A DNA stretch of 64,000 nt from an uncultured Chloroflexia bacterium (GTDB taxonomy: Bacteria > Chloroflexota > Limnocylindria > Limnocylindrales > CSP1-4), in the NCBI GenBank assembly GCA_963768655.1, contig CAVYIM010000004.1, positions 224,001 through 288,000 on the forward strand, in the 5' to 3' direction. Under the pieces are notes generated by a model. It saw only the letters and a list, made by a program, of their open reading frames with translations. It made no database searches and was not told the origin of the DNA. Of the stretch, positions 27,016 to 37,610 are shown in pieces. The position numbers were made by a program, and so were the translations under genes. Every line of letters starts with the position of its first letter. Positions within the stretch are counted from its first letter, which is position 1.

Positions 27016-29280
27016 CTACTTCGTTTTCACAGCGTCGAACGCGGCTCGCTCGAACGAGGAGAGCTCGAACGAGACGGGCTTGAGGTAGGCTGCCCACACG
27101 ATTCGCGGCAAACCGCCTTTGCGCCTGGACTGGCAGACCACGACAATCGTCGGATCTGACGGCTCCCGAGGCATGTCGCGAATAGCATCCCTCGGGTTGA
27201 CATCTGGACCTATGCCGAGGATGACCAGGCGGCCGAATTCAAGCGGGATCCGTTTGTTTCGAGTTGCTGCCTCCCGAGCCACCTCGGCGGCGTTTGTGGA
27301 TACCGCCGCAAGCTCGGGGATCGAAAGGTCGATACAGGCTCCGGCGGCTTCACGCCAGCCCTCGGGACGGTCCGACGACAGCGCTTGAACGAAGCTCCCG
27401 AGCGGCTCGGGGAGGAACTTCCGTGGCTTCTTCATCTTGGGGCCGCGCCCCGCGAGCCCGTCATAGTACGCGTCGAAGTCGGTGCTGGAATTCGCGATCA
27501 TCACCTTCCCGCCGTCGTGCAAAATGCCGAACCGCTCGCACAGCAAGTAGGACGCCCAGAGGTCGATCTCGTCGCTGACCTCCACGTCGCTGCCGAGGGG
27601 CAGGCGGTTTCGCCAAACGAGGTAATGGAGAAAGATCGCCGCGTTGTCGCACGTCTCGGCGATCACACGAAGATCGTTGATGTATACGGACCAAGGCAGC
27701 TCCTGCTCCGGGAGCAAGCCGAGCGATCGGAGGTGCCCAAGCTGGGAGGCGTGCCCTGCGAGCTCGTGCAGGGTGGGGTTCACGATGATTACAGTCGAGA
27801 CCGATCCCGATGGGATCCTAAGAATCTCGGCGCCCTTCTCATCGGTGAACACGGAGTCGCCGTCGCGCAGAAGGTAGGCTCGGGCACGAGCGCCCTGCTC
27901 CCAGGCAGCCTCGACGGCGGCCTCTATGTCGCTCTTGAGGCGACGAACATCGCCAAGTTGCCCTTGGACGCTAAGGGGCGACGCTTTGCCCTCGACGACG
28001 AGAGCGACGTCATCGAAGAGGACTAGCCCATCCAGTTCGGCGCCCTCATAGAACAGGTTGGTCTTCGCCATCGCCCCGGGCAGGAGCTCAGCAAGGTAAC
28101 CAACTGCTAGCCGGTCGAGTGTCTTGGCTCGCTGCTGTGAGAACGCCGTCTTGCCTGCTAGGAGTTCTGACTCAAAGAGGGCTGGCACGTCTCGCTCGAG
28201 TGCGCCCGGGATTGTGAGGAGGTAGTCTCCGTTGAGTTCGAGGAATGGCCTGGTCCGGAGGGGGCTCTCGTCGAACAGGCCCGAGTATCGGTCGCCGGCA
28301 AGGCTGCCAACTGACACCGATAGCCCGTCGAGTACGGCTTGAACACGATCGATGGACGGGGATTTTCGAGTGGCCGCGATCTCCGCTGCCGTGACCGTCA
28401 TGGCACCGCGAATGCCTGCCTCCATGACGCCGACGACGGCCATCATCCCCTTCGCCACCGCCTCCGGATCTCCCCTGGGCGCCTGACCCAAGACCACATT
28501 GGCTTTGGCTTCACCGGCTTGGCCTAGCTTGTTCATCTTCATGTTCATCAGTCCAGCGACGGCGTCGCCGACCTGCAACACGTCTTCAATCGTGAAACCG
28601 TAGGTGGCCAAGAGCCATTCGTTGTGCGGTCCGTAGAGCGCCACGGCCAGGTCACGGCCATGGGCGGCGAAGCTCGAGCCCCGGACCGTCATCCACCTCA
28701 TGGCCCCACCGAACTTGAGACGTGCTATCTCCGGATCTTCTCCTGGATCTTCTGTAAGGTTGAGCAAGAGAATGACTTCGACAATATGGTCAAGCTCATC
28801 GAAGACGGCCTGCATGTGTTTGGCTGTGGGGGGCTCCAGCGTTTTGGCTAGCGGCTGGGTTGCCAAGAGGCCGCTCACCAGTTCGATCTTGGCTTCGCTT
28901 CCTTCGTGCGTTGGTTCGAAGTAGCCTCCCCACGGAGTGAAGAGGTTTAGGGACTGCACGGTGGCGGTTATGTGGAGCGGGTCCCCTGTCCTCAGAAGAC
29001 TTCGCAGCTTCGCGATAGCCTCCGCGAGCTCAGTTCGAAACCCCTTGTGGGCTTCGGGAGCAAGCTTCATGAGTTCGGCATGCTCTTCCGGCGTTAATGC
29101 GCTCTTGGTGACCAAGTAGCCGCCCTGGAGTTGGTCCTCGATGACGCGTGACAGAAGCTGCGAGAACCGGTCGCCGCGCTTTGAGAATCCGGACGCGAGC
29201 TGATCATGTTTGGCCTCGAGTGCCGCCAGTGGACTCGGGTTGTGCGGCCTCGTGATCCTGCTTCTTCCCCTCTTCGACAT
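27016..29280 (-). CDS. Large hypothetical protein with a NERD-like PD-(D/E)xK nuclease domain
   Basis: ELDGLVLFDDVALVVEGKAS..EQGARA; codon style less GC-biased than the flanks. Confidence 0.6.
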   Translation of the reverse strand: MSKRGRSRITRPHNPSPLAALEAKHDQLASGFSKRGDRFSQLLSRVIEDQLQGGYLVTKSALTPEEHAELMKLAPEAHKGFRTELAEAIAKLRSLLRTGDPLHITATVQSLNLFTPWGGYFEPTHEGSEAKIELVSGLLATQPLAKTLEPPTAKHMQAVFDELDHIVEVILLLNLTEDPGEDPEIARLKFGGAMRWMTVRGSSFAAHGRDLAVALYGPHNEWLLATYGFTIEDVLQVGDAVAGLMNMKMNKLGQAGEAKANVVLGQAPRGDPEAVAKGMMAVVGVMEAGIRGAMTVTAAEIAATRKSPSIDRVQAVLDGLSVSVGSLAGDRYSGLFDESPLRTRPFLELNGDYLLTIPGALERDVPALFESELLAGKTAFSQQRAKTLDRLAVGYLAELLPGAMAKTNLFYEGAELDGLVLFDDVALVVEGKASPLSVQGQLGDVRRLKSDIEAAVEAAWEQGARARAYLLRDGDSVFTDEKGAEILRIPSGSVSTVIIVNPTLHELAGHASQLGHLRSLGLLPEQELPWSVYINDLRVIAETCDNAAIFLHYLVWRNRLPLGSDVEVSDEIDLWASYLLCERFGILHDGGKVMIANSSTDFDAYYDGLAGRGPKMKKPRKFLPEPLGSFVQALSSDRPEGWREAAGACIDLSIPELAAVSTNAAEVAREAATRNKRIPLEFGRLVILGIGPDVNPRDAIRDMPREPSDPTIVVVCQSRRKGGLPRIVWAAYLKPVSFELSSFERAAFDAVKTK

Positions 29281-29346
29281 ACCGTGAGTCTAGGGTTCTG
29301 TGATCGCGCGGTACAGGGCTCACCAGGCCTATCGGCCGATAGGCGA

Positions 29347-30267
29347 TCAGTAGCGATCGCCCGGTCCCAACCTCTTGTGGGCTTCGCGGGCCCGTTCGTC
29401 GGCGGCTGAAGCGCCATAGCGGGTGAGCATCGTCCGGCTGCGCCACCCGGCCAAGCGCATGAGATCGCCTTCGTTGCCGCCGGCGGCCAGCCACTGGTGG
29501 GCGTAGGTGTGGCGGAAACGGTGCGGGTGGACGTCGGCGATGCCGGCCGCGGCGCCACGGCGCCGGACAACGTCCGCCACGCCGTTCGGCGTCATCGGCC
29601 CAGCGAGCCCGAGCCAGAACGCGGGCCGGTCCTTGTCGCGGTGGCTCGCCCGCGCCCGGAGGTATCGGTCCAGCGCCTGCGCCGTTCGCCGCCCGAACGG
29701 ACAGGCTCGCTGTCGCCGGCCCTTGCCCAAGACCAGCGCGATGTTCTGTTCGAGATCGACATCGGCGACCCGCAGCCCGGCCAGTTCGCCGAGGCGCATG
29801 CCGGTGTCCAGGAACATCCGGACGACGGCCATGTCACGGCGATCCTCGAACGCACGCCCCTCGCACGCTGCGAGGAGGCGTCGGATCTCGTCGTCGGTGT
29901 ACACGTTGGGCGGCGTTTCGGGCACTTGCGGGGGACGCATCGTCGCCATCGGGCTCGCCTCGAGCTCGCCCTCGGCGACCGCCCAGCGAAAGAACGTCTG
30001 GAGGGCGCGGTAGCGGACCGAGGCGGTCGCGGGCTTGAATTGCGCCAGTTGGTCGGCGATGAAGTCCAGGCAGAATGTCTTAGGGATGCGGTCGACAGAG
30101 GTCGGGAGACGTTTCGTCCGCAGATACGCTTCGAACCCTGTAACCGCGTCGAGGTACGTCGTTACGGTCTTCGCGCTCTTGTTTTCGGCCAGCAGCGACC
30201 GCCGGAAGCTGTCGGCGAGGACGCCGAGCGTCGGTCCAGGGGCGGCGCCAGGGGTCTCTGGGGCCAT
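29347..30267 (-). CDS. Tyrosine recombinase/integrase
   Basis: [23 protein letters not shown] and RY catalytic set; directly downstream of the tRNA. Confidence 0.95.
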   Translation of the reverse strand: MAPETPGAAPGPTLGVLADSFRRSLLAENKSAKTVTTYLDAVTGFEAYLRTKRLPTSVDRIPKTFCLDFIADQLAQFKPATASVRYRALQTFFRWAVAEGELEASPMATMRPPQVPETPPNVYTDDEIRRLLAACEGRAFEDRRDMAVVRMFLDTGMRLGELAGLRVADVDLEQNIALVLGKGRRQRACPFGRRTAQALDRYLRARASHRDKDRPAFWLGLAGPMTPNGVADVVRRRGAAAGIADVHPHRFRHTYAHQWLAAGGNEGDLMRLAGWRSRTMLTRYGASAADERAREAHKRLGPGDRY

Positions 30268-30333
30268 TTGGAGCCCTCCGAAATCCGTCCAGTTAGAGTG
30301 TCGGAGAGCATAGTGCCAGGCCAGAGAATTGTC

Positions 30334-30356
30334 GAGCCCCTCAGTTAGAGGGGCTC
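30334..30356 (-). terminator. Hairpin downstream of tRNA-Gly
   Basis: GAGCCCCTC-AGTTA-GAGGGGCTC. Confidence 0.6.
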
Positions 30357-30377
30357 TTCACGAGGGATTTGGCGATT

Positions 30378-30453
30378 TGGAGCGGGAGACGGGATTCGAA
30401 CCCGCGACATTCTGCTTGGGAAGCAGACACTCTGCCAGCTGAGTTACTCCCGC
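30378..30453 (-). tRNA. tRNA-Gly(CCC)
   Basis: 76 nt GCGGGAG...CTCCCGCTCCA; anticodon arm TCTGC-TTCCCAA-GCAGA; T-loop GTTCGAATC; encoded CCA. Confidence 0.97.
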
Positions 30454-30934
30454 TCGGCGAGCAAGCGCATTTATAGCAGATCGCGCGAGAGGGGCGGATG
30501 GGGCCAGTCGAGGTCCGGAGGCTTGCCGGCCGATCCCTCTGCGCGTCACGGCTGTGTCCAGCCAGCTCTGCGTATCCCGATGAGTCCGCGGGCGGCGCGA
30601 CAGACTCGTGTCACCCACCCAAGGCGACCAGCATGGCACGCGCCAACAAGCAAGCCTCAACCGCTGCAGCCGAGAAGGCGGCGGAGCTACCGGGGAGGGC
30701 TCTTCGGCAAGAGGTCGACGTGACCGATCCGAAGGTCCTGCGAGAGCTGGAGAAAGCGTATCTCCTGGTCCAAGATTGGACCGCGCCCTGCCAGCTGAGT
30801 TGCACCGGCTCGGCTGGAGCCGCGTCTCCGGCAACGTCCACGGCCACTCGCAGCCCGGGCTCCGGCCGGCGCCCGGCTCGCGCGGCAGCCCGCGCTGTGG
30901 GAGCCCACCCGAGGTCTATACAATCATCCGGCCG

Positions 30935-31726
30935 ATGCCTGACTACGACGCCTACATCTTTGACCTCGACGGGACCGTCTACCTGGGCAACGCCCTCCTG
31001 CCGAACGCCGGCACCGCCATCCGAACCATTCGAGAGTGCGGGCGCCGGACGGTCTTCCTCTCGAACAACCCCACTCACACCGCCGCCCAAGACAGCGCCA
31101 AGCTCACGCGACTCGGCCTGCCGACCCCTGTCGACGACGTGGTCAACTCGTCGATCGTCATGGTCGACTTCCTCGCCCGGCTGCGCGAGACGGACGGCAT
31201 CAACCGTCTCTTCGTCGTCGGCGAACAACCCCTCTGCGAGGTCCTCGCCGGCGCCGGATTTGAACTCGTGGATGACGCGAGGGCAACGCAGGCCGTCATC
31301 GCCAGCTTCGACAGGACCTTCGTCTACCGGAAGCTTCAGATCGCCTTCGACGCGATCCGCGCCGGCGCCCGCTTCTTTGCCACGAACGGGGACCGCTACT
31401 GCCCGGTGCCCGGCGGTGGCGAGCCCGACGCCGCGAGCATCATCGCCGCCATCGAGGCCTGCACCAACACGCGCTGCGAGGCGATTGTGGGCAAGCCCTC
31501 GCGCCACATGACGAACGCGATCCTGCATCTCGTCGGCGTCCCCGCTGGGCGCTGCCTCATCACCGGCGACCGGCTCGAGACCGATGTCCAGATGGGCCTC
31601 GACGCCGGCATGGGCGCCGCCCTCACGCTCACAGGCGCGACCACGCGCGACCAGGCGGAGGCGAGTCCGGTGAAACCCACCTACGTCTTCCGCGACCTCG
31701 GCGACCTCCTGGAGCAGGCCCTCTGA
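30935..31726 (+). CDS. HAD-IIA (NagD-like) phosphatase
   Basis: FDLDGT, LSNN, GKPS and GDRLETD. Confidence 0.92.
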   Translation: MPDYDAYIFDLDGTVYLGNALLPNAGTAIRTIRECGRRTVFLSNNPTHTAAQDSAKLTRLGLPTPVDDVVNSSIVMVDFLARLRETDGINRLFVVGEQPLCEVLAGAGFELVDDARATQAVIASFDRTFVYRKLQIAFDAIRAGARFFATNGDRYCPVPGGGEPDAASIIAAIEACTNTRCEAIVGKPSRHMTNAILHLVGVPAGRCLITGDRLETDVQMGLDAGMGAALTLTGATTRDQAEASPVKPTYVFRDLGDLLEQAL

Positions 31727-33315
31727 TGCGCGGCCGTGGCGTCGACGGAGCCGATCCGCCGGGCCCGGCGCGCCACGGCGGACCGCTCATCCTCGGCATC
31801 GACCAGGGCACCAGCGGCAGCAAGGCTCTCGTCCTCGACGAGGCGAGCCGCGTCCTTGGTACCGGCTATCGAGCCGTCGGCCGCCTGCACCCGCACTCCG
31901 GCTGGACCGAGCAGGACCCGGTCGCGATCGCGGCCGGCGTTCGTGAGGCGATCGGCGAGGCGCTCGCCCAGGCTGGCGCCAGGCCGGCCCAGATCGCGGC
32001 AGTCGGGATCGCCAGCCAGCGCAACAGTGGCTTCACGTGGGACGCCGGCACGTGCCGGCCGTTCGCTGCCGCCATCTCCTGGCAGGACCTGCGCACCGGG
32101 GACCTGCTGCGCGAGCTCCGCGCCCACGATCCGATCTGGTCGGAATCCCTCTGGCGTCTCGGTCAGCGGCCGGGTCCCTGGAACGCCTCGGTCCACCTCG
32201 GCTGGCGGATGCGCCACGATCCCGCCTTCGCGAACGCCGCTCGTGCGGGGCGAATCCGGTTCGGCCTGTCCGCCGAGTGGTTGCTGGTCGCGCTCGGAAG
32301 CCCGCGCGAGCACGCGATGGACTACTCCCTGGTGGACTCGCAGGGCCTCTTCGACATTCGCGAGGACCGCTACTGGCCGGAGTTCCTCAACTGGCTCGCC
32401 ATCCCGCCCGAGATTCTGCCCGAGCCCAGGCCGACCCTCCACGACTACGGGACCCTTCGCGTCGAGAGCCGCGACGGCGAGCATGCCGACGTGCCTGTGC
32501 TCGCCATGCTCGCCGACCAGCAGGCGGCCCTCTTCGGTTATGACTGCCGCGCCCCCGGCGACGCGGAGTGCACCCACGGGACGGCGACTTTCGTGGACGT
32601 GTGCGTGGGCTCGACGGCTCCGGCTGCGCAGCGGATGCAGTCCTACTACGCCTGGGTGTTGCCCCACTCCGGACGCCCGGGCGACGTCGACTCCCTGGAC
32701 CGCACCTACTGCCTCGAGGGCGACGCCACCGTCACCGGGGCCGTCATCCGCTGGTTACGCGAGACCGCCCGGCTGCTCGACGACGAGAAGGAGATCGGCC
32801 CACTGGCCGCGACCGTGGAAGATGCCGGCGGCGTCATGTTCGTGCCCGCCTTCACGGGGCTCAACGTCCCGTATCTCGACAGCGACGCGCGCGGCTCCAT
32901 CTTGGGACTGACGCTCGGCAGCAGCCGAGCGCAAATCGCGCGGGCCTTCCTGGATTCGCTCGGCTTCCAGGTCCGCGCGATCACGGACGAGGTCGCCGCC
33001 GAAACGGGTGTCCGAGTTACGCGCCTCAAGGTCGGCGGCGGGATCAGCGCGAGCGACCTCGCCTGCCAGCTTCAGGCCGACTGGCTCGGGTTCCCGGTAG
33101 AACGGCCGGCGTTCACCGACACCACGCCGCGTGCGGCGGCGCTCCTGGCGGGCTTCGGGGCCGGCGTCTGGTCCACGCTCGACGCGCTCCCGCGGCTGCC
33201 GGGCGAGACGACCACCTTCGAGCCACGCCTGTCCGCGGACGCGCGCGACGCCGGCTTCGAGCGCTGGCACCGCGCGGTCGAGAGCGTGCGCAAGTTCGGT
33301 ACCGGAGGCTCCTGA
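31726..33315 (+). CDS. FGGY carbohydrate kinase (divergent glycerol kinase-like)
   Basis: IDQGTSGSK, EQDP, ISWQDLR, DQQAALFG and FVPAFTGL. Confidence 0.88.
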   Translation: MRGRGVDGADPPGPARHGGPLILGIDQGTSGSKALVLDEASRVLGTGYRAVGRLHPHSGWTEQDPVAIAAGVREAIGEALAQAGARPAQIAAVGIASQRNSGFTWDAGTCRPFAAAISWQDLRTGDLLRELRAHDPIWSESLWRLGQRPGPWNASVHLGWRMRHDPAFANAARAGRIRFGLSAEWLLVALGSPREHAMDYSLVDSQGLFDIREDRYWPEFLNWLAIPPEILPEPRPTLHDYGTLRVESRDGEHADVPVLAMLADQQAALFGYDCRAPGDAECTHGTATFVDVCVGSTAPAAQRMQSYYAWVLPHSGRPGDVDSLDRTYCLEGDATVTGAVIRWLRETARLLDDEKEIGPLAATVEDAGGVMFVPAFTGLNVPYLDSDARGSILGLTLGSSRAQIARAFLDSLGFQVRAITDEVAAETGVRVTRLKVGGGISASDLACQLQADWLGFPVERPAFTDTTPRAAALLAGFGAGVWSTLDALPRLPGETTTFEPRLSADARDAGFERWHRAVESVRKFGTGGS

Positions 33316-33538
33316 TTCGACTCGGCGTCTGCTAATACCCGGAGCACTGGCCGGAACCGCGCCGGGCGACGGACGCGGCGCAGATGCGCGAACTCGGCCT
33401 CACGTTCCCCCGAACCTCGGCTCGGGGTGAATTGGCCATCGGCCGGGCGGGCCGCGCGCCATTCGACCAGGGCAGCCGATGCCTGGCGAGGCATCCTCGG
33501 CTTGACTTCGACGGTTCGGCGCCCCAGCCTGACTCGAG

Positions 33539-34174
33539 ATGCAGTTCTTCGACAATGCCTACGAGGGCACGCCCAGCTGGGACATAGGCCGGCCACAGGG
33601 GGCCGTTGTGCGCCTCGCGACCGCGGGCTCGATCTCGGGTCCGGTCCTGGACGTCGGCTGCGGCACGGGCGAGAACTCACTCTACCTCGCCGCGCTGGGG
33701 CACGAAGTGGTCGGAGTCGACCTGGCCCGGGCCGCCGTAGACAAGGCCAGAGCGAAGGCAACGCTGCGGGCGGCCGGCGCCAGTATCGAATTCCTACTGT
33801 GGGATGCGCTGCGCCTGGGGGAGATCGGCCGATCGTTCCAGACGGCCATCGACTGCGGCCTGTTCCACTGCCTCGCGTCCGGGCAGCGAGCGGCCTATGC
33901 CGCCAGCCTGCGAGGAGCTCTGGCACCGGGCGGACGCGCGTACCTGCTGTGCTGGAGTGCGCGCAATCCGCTCGGCTTCGGCCCGGAGCGCATCCACAAA
34001 TCGGACATACGAGCCGCCTTTCGCTCGGGCTGGTCAGTCGAGGCGATCGAGGAGGAGTTTCTCGAAACCCTTCTTCCCGTGCAGCTCGTGCACGCCTGGC
34101 TGGCTCGCCTCCGGAGAACGCCGGCGCTACATGATGGAGACGCACGGGGCCTCAGTCGCGCCCAACCCGAGTGA
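33539..34174 (+). CDS. Class I SAM-dependent methyltransferase
   Basis: WDIGRPQ, VLDVGCGTGE and DCGLFH. Confidence 0.9.
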   Translation: MQFFDNAYEGTPSWDIGRPQGAVVRLATAGSISGPVLDVGCGTGENSLYLAALGHEVVGVDLARAAVDKARAKATLRAAGASIEFLLWDALRLGEIGRSFQTAIDCGLFHCLASGQRAAYAASLRGALAPGGRAYLLCWSARNPLGFGPERIHKSDIRAAFRSGWSVEAIEEEFLETLLPVQLVHAWLARLRRTPALHDGDARGLSRAQPE

Positions 34175-34214
34175 TACTGCGAATTGCGGCGGCGCGGCGG
34201 CCTGATCCTCGAAG

Positions 34215-37200
34215 TCAACGAGACCGCTGCAGCGTGTCCCGCGGCAAGGTCACAGTCAGCCGGCGATACGTGCCCCGCCGCTCGAAGATCTCACGGCTCG
34301 CTTCCTGGCCCAACTCGGCTCCGTCGACGAGTTCGGTCTGGCCATCGGCCAGTTCCAGCTCGATCGAGAACCTCTCGCCCAGGTGATAGCAGATCGGGAC
34401 CTGGCAGTGAGTGAAGGCGAGACTTCCGGCTGGCAGATCGACCGCCGATTCGGTGCCCGAGACATCGAGCCATCGGAAGCGGCGCGCTTCGTCATTGAAC
34501 TCCGCGAGGTGAAGGAGGCGCGGCTGCAGGCGGAGACGACCGGCTACCACCTCGATCCCCAGCTCGCCGAGTCGCGTGAGGATCTGCTCCTTCACCTGGC
34601 CGGTCATGCCCGGTTGCTGCGCGCCCCTGTGCCTGGGCGTATGGGAGTACGGGTCCGTCGGGAATGCGCCATACGTCTCGGCGTTCTTGCGGAAGTTGAG
34701 GCCGTCGCGGATGTCGTCGTAGAACTCCGCCAGAGCTGCGGCCGCCACGGGGTCGACGGCACGGCGGTGGCAGCCCTGGACCGCCAGCAAGAGCTTGGCG
34801 ACCATGTGCCAGTAGATGCTGCCCAACCCCTCGAACGCGAAGAAGGTGCCGCTGCGGCCCGTGAACTCGTCATGCGAGAAGGTCGCCCGCCATAGCTTCC
34901 GCACGGCCGCGGCCTGGCTCGGGGACGCGTTCGCGAGCTCGAGCCGGCGGTTGACGTCCGCCATCGTGCTCAGGTCGGCCTGGAAGTGCCACGCGCCCGA
35001 GCGATCCGCGACGAACAGCCCGGGGTCCGTGATCGGAGGCGAGCCGTCGAGCGTGTTCCTCTGGAGGAACGGCGTGAGCGTCCGGTCCGGATAGAGGAGG
35101 TAGCTGTGCTGGTCGGCGCGATACAGGTCGCTCGCTCGCAGCGCGCGCAGGAGGGCCACCGCCCCGCCGTCGCCGAGCAGACCCGAGTCGAGCACTGCGA
35201 CCTGCCCCTCGAGCATCGGGCCGAGGCGGTCCACGGTCGCCCGCTCACCTTCGATCCGGAGCAGGTTGTAGCTGTGGTAGAGGCCATCCGGACGCCGGCT
35301 CCCCCGCAAGGTCTCCTCGATCACGGGGGTCGCAGCCGCGACGAGTGCCCGCACCGCCGCCGTCGGCGTGGGGACGTCGTCCCCGAAGTCTCCGTCGTAC
35401 AAGGCCCGGCGATGGTCCTCGCCGGCGCGGCCCAGCTCGACCACGACCCCGTAGCGCCGCGCGTCGTCGAAAGGTCCGCTCGCCTTCTCGAGGATCAGGG
35501 TCACCTTCTCCAGGAGGCGCGCCACGGGCGCCGAGATGGGAATGTCGAGATCGGCCGCAGCGAGGCTGCCCAGCAGCGCCAGGTAGCGCGGGATCGCGCT
35601 CAGCGTGACGATGGACAGGCCCCACCCGGCCAGCGCGTTGTTGGCGTCGTTCCACTCGGGGCGCTGCGTGTTCAGCCAGATGCCACCGCCCGGGACGAAG
35701 TTCGTGAGCTTGACGAGGAGTGGCACGAGGAGCTTCTCGAGCAGCGTGACGAGCCGGACCTCGCCGCTGCCGTCGTGGATCAGCTTGCCGTCGGCCCCCA
35801 GATCACGGCTCGCGCCGACGAGGGAGTCGTGCAGAGCCTGGTCCAACGTGATCGTCGCTCGAGGGTTGGCAAGCACCGCTGCGAAGTCGGCGATGCGATA
35901 GGGCACGTTCGCGTACGCGTAGATCCGCTCCCCGAGCGTCGCGGCCAGTGCGCCGGGCTCGTGCCGCTCGTAGCTCTCGAGGAGCCGGAGCAGGTAGACG
36001 ATCTGGTGGTCTCCCCAGTAGCCGATGTGGCTCCAGGGATCGCTCGGATCCTGGACCTCCCATTCGAACCCGGATCGCGAGATGCGGTAGGGGTTGTACC
36101 CGTCTGCGGTCGAAGCGTTAAGAAAGACGGCGATGAACTGCCCCAGGTAGCCCGGGAAGCTCTGGCCCAGGGCCTCCCAGTTCTGGAAGATGTCGCGCCA
36201 GTTGCCCTGGTAGCCATAGACCGGCCTGCCCGAAGAATCCCGGACGCGGATCGAGAACGTGTTCCACGGCCGGCTCGGGTCGCCGTGCCGGCGGCCGAAC
36301 GTCAGGGGAACGTAGGAGCGCACGAGGCGGACCAGCTGCGGATCGTCGCGCCCGGCAGCCTCTCGCCACAGCTCTTGCAGAGTCAAAGCCACCGGTAACC
36401 CTTCGACCCACAGGCGGTGACGCTCGAAGAGGGTCCGGTTCTGCTCCCGAAGGTATAACGCGAGATCCTGGATCGGGACGCTGTACCCATGCTCGAAGGA
36501 CCCGCCGCGCATGATGTTGAACAGGACGTTCGAGAAGTGATTGGCAGCGGCCGCTTCGTCCGCCGACTGCTGCAATCCATCGGCGCCGGCAACGCGGCGC
36601 CGCACGCCTGCGCTGTTGGCGGCGACGGCCGCCTCCAGTGCCGCCTGGAGCTGCGCCGGCGCGGCGAGAGAATCTCGCAAGTCGAGGACCGCCGCGTGGT
36701 CCAGGCCGGTGTCGGCGACCGTGTACCAGGAGTGCCCACCGCCAGCGGGAAGGTGCAGGCCGTCGGCGACGAGGTAGGCGCCGATCTCGCCCCGGACCTC
36801 CGACTCCGGATGCACGCCGGCGCCGCGACGGAACGACTCGAGCTGGCGATCGCTCAGCAGAATCACCGGGTTGGGGTGACCGACCGACCATGCGGCCGCC
36901 ACACGAAGGGACTCGGAGGGCTCGGGGCGGTCGGTGATCACGGCGTTCAGCGAGTAGACCCCGAGTGGCACGTCGGCCAGCCGTTCGTGGCGCATGTATG
37001 CCGCCGCGAGGTAGCTGTACCGGGCCCAGGTCTCCTGGTCGACTCCGGGCGGGATGAGCTGATGCCAGCCGTCGACGTAGCGGATGTCGGCTGGTTCGCC
37101 GCCAATCTCGTCGATCCGGGCGCGTCGGACGAGGCCGAATCGGTCGCACGCCGAGACGCTCCAGCGGAACCGCAGGCCCAGGTCGCGATTGATTTCTTCG

Positions 37201-37610
37201 AACAGAACGGCCGTCCCGTCGATCCGCTTGTACAGGTTGCGGGTGATGCGGTAGACGCGCGGTGCGTCGAGCCACGGCTCCCACAACGACGTGTCTTCCC
37301 CGCGCGAGACGAGGACGATGGTGCGTGCCCCGCTCGTCGTCGGATCGCGGAGGATCTTGTCGACCGTCTGGTAGGGGAAGAGGGCGGTGTCCGGGCTGCG
37401 GCGACCCGCCACGAATGGTCCGTTCGAGCCGATGAAGAGCCACGCGTCGCTGTCGCTCGCAATGCTCATCAGGAACGGCGCCATCTGGTCGACGTTGCAG
37501 ATGCGGGCATATCGCTCGCCGTCGATCGTCTCAAACCCGCCGCTGACGGCGACGCCGGGCACCTGGCAGACTGCGGCCCCGAGGTGGATCGCGCGGACGG
37601 GGGCCGTCAT
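34215..37610 (-). CDS. Large glycoside phosphorylase-like protein (GH149/GH94-like)
   Basis: About 1130 aa; RRHGDPSRPWN, YQGNWRDIFQNWE and QQPGMTGQVKE; family recalled from motifs, not searched. Confidence 0.6.
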   Translation of the reverse strand: MTAPVRAIHLGAAVCQVPGVAVSGGFETIDGERYARICNVDQMAPFLMSIASDSDAWLFIGSNGPFVAGRRSPDTALFPYQTVDKILRDPTTSGARTIVLVSRGEDTSLWEPWLDAPRVYRITRNLYKRIDGTAVLFEEINRDLGLRFRWSVSACDRFGLVRRARIDEIGGEPADIRYVDGWHQLIPPGVDQETWARYSYLAAAYMRHERLADVPLGVYSLNAVITDRPEPSESLRVAAAWSVGHPNPVILLSDRQLESFRRGAGVHPESEVRGEIGAYLVADGLHLPAGGGHSWYTVADTGLDHAAVLDLRDSLAAPAQLQAALEAAVAANSAGVRRRVAGADGLQQSADEAAAANHFSNVLFNIMRGGSFEHGYSVPIQDLALYLREQNRTLFERHRLWVEGLPVALTLQELWREAAGRDDPQLVRLVRSYVPLTFGRRHGDPSRPWNTFSIRVRDSSGRPVYGYQGNWRDIFQNWEALGQSFPGYLGQFIAVFLNASTADGYNPYRISRSGFEWEVQDPSDPWSHIGYWGDHQIVYLLRLLESYERHEPGALAATLGERIYAYANVPYRIADFAAVLANPRATITLDQALHDSLVGASRDLGADGKLIHDGSGEVRLVTLLEKLLVPLLVKLTNFVPGGGIWLNTQRPEWNDANNALAGWGLSIVTLSAIPRYLALLGSLAAADLDIPISAPVARLLEKVTLILEKASGPFDDARRYGVVVELGRAGEDHRRALYDGDFGDDVPTPTAAVRALVAAATPVIEETLRGSRRPDGLYHSYNLLRIEGERATVDRLGPMLEGQVAVLDSGLLGDGGAVALLRALRASDLYRADQHSYLLYPDRTLTPFLQRNTLDGSPPITDPGLFVADRSGAWHFQADLSTMADVNRRLELANASPSQAAAVRKLWRATFSHDEFTGRSGTFFAFEGLGSIYWHMVAKLLLAVQGCHRRAVDPVAAAALAEFYDDIRDGLNFRKNAETYGAFPTDPYSHTPRHRGAQQPGMTGQVKEQILTRLGELGIEVVAGRLRLQPRLLHLAEFNDEARRFRWLDVSGTESAVDLPAGSLAFTHCQVPICYHLGERFSIELELADGQTELVDGAELGQEASREIFERRGTYRRLTVTLPRDTLQRSR

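Noticed and set aside
30633-30800. Protein-like stretch MARANKQ...DPKVLRELEKAYLLVQDW
   Set aside because: It may be a gene fragment, but I cannot assign a family or a sensible end, so it was not called.
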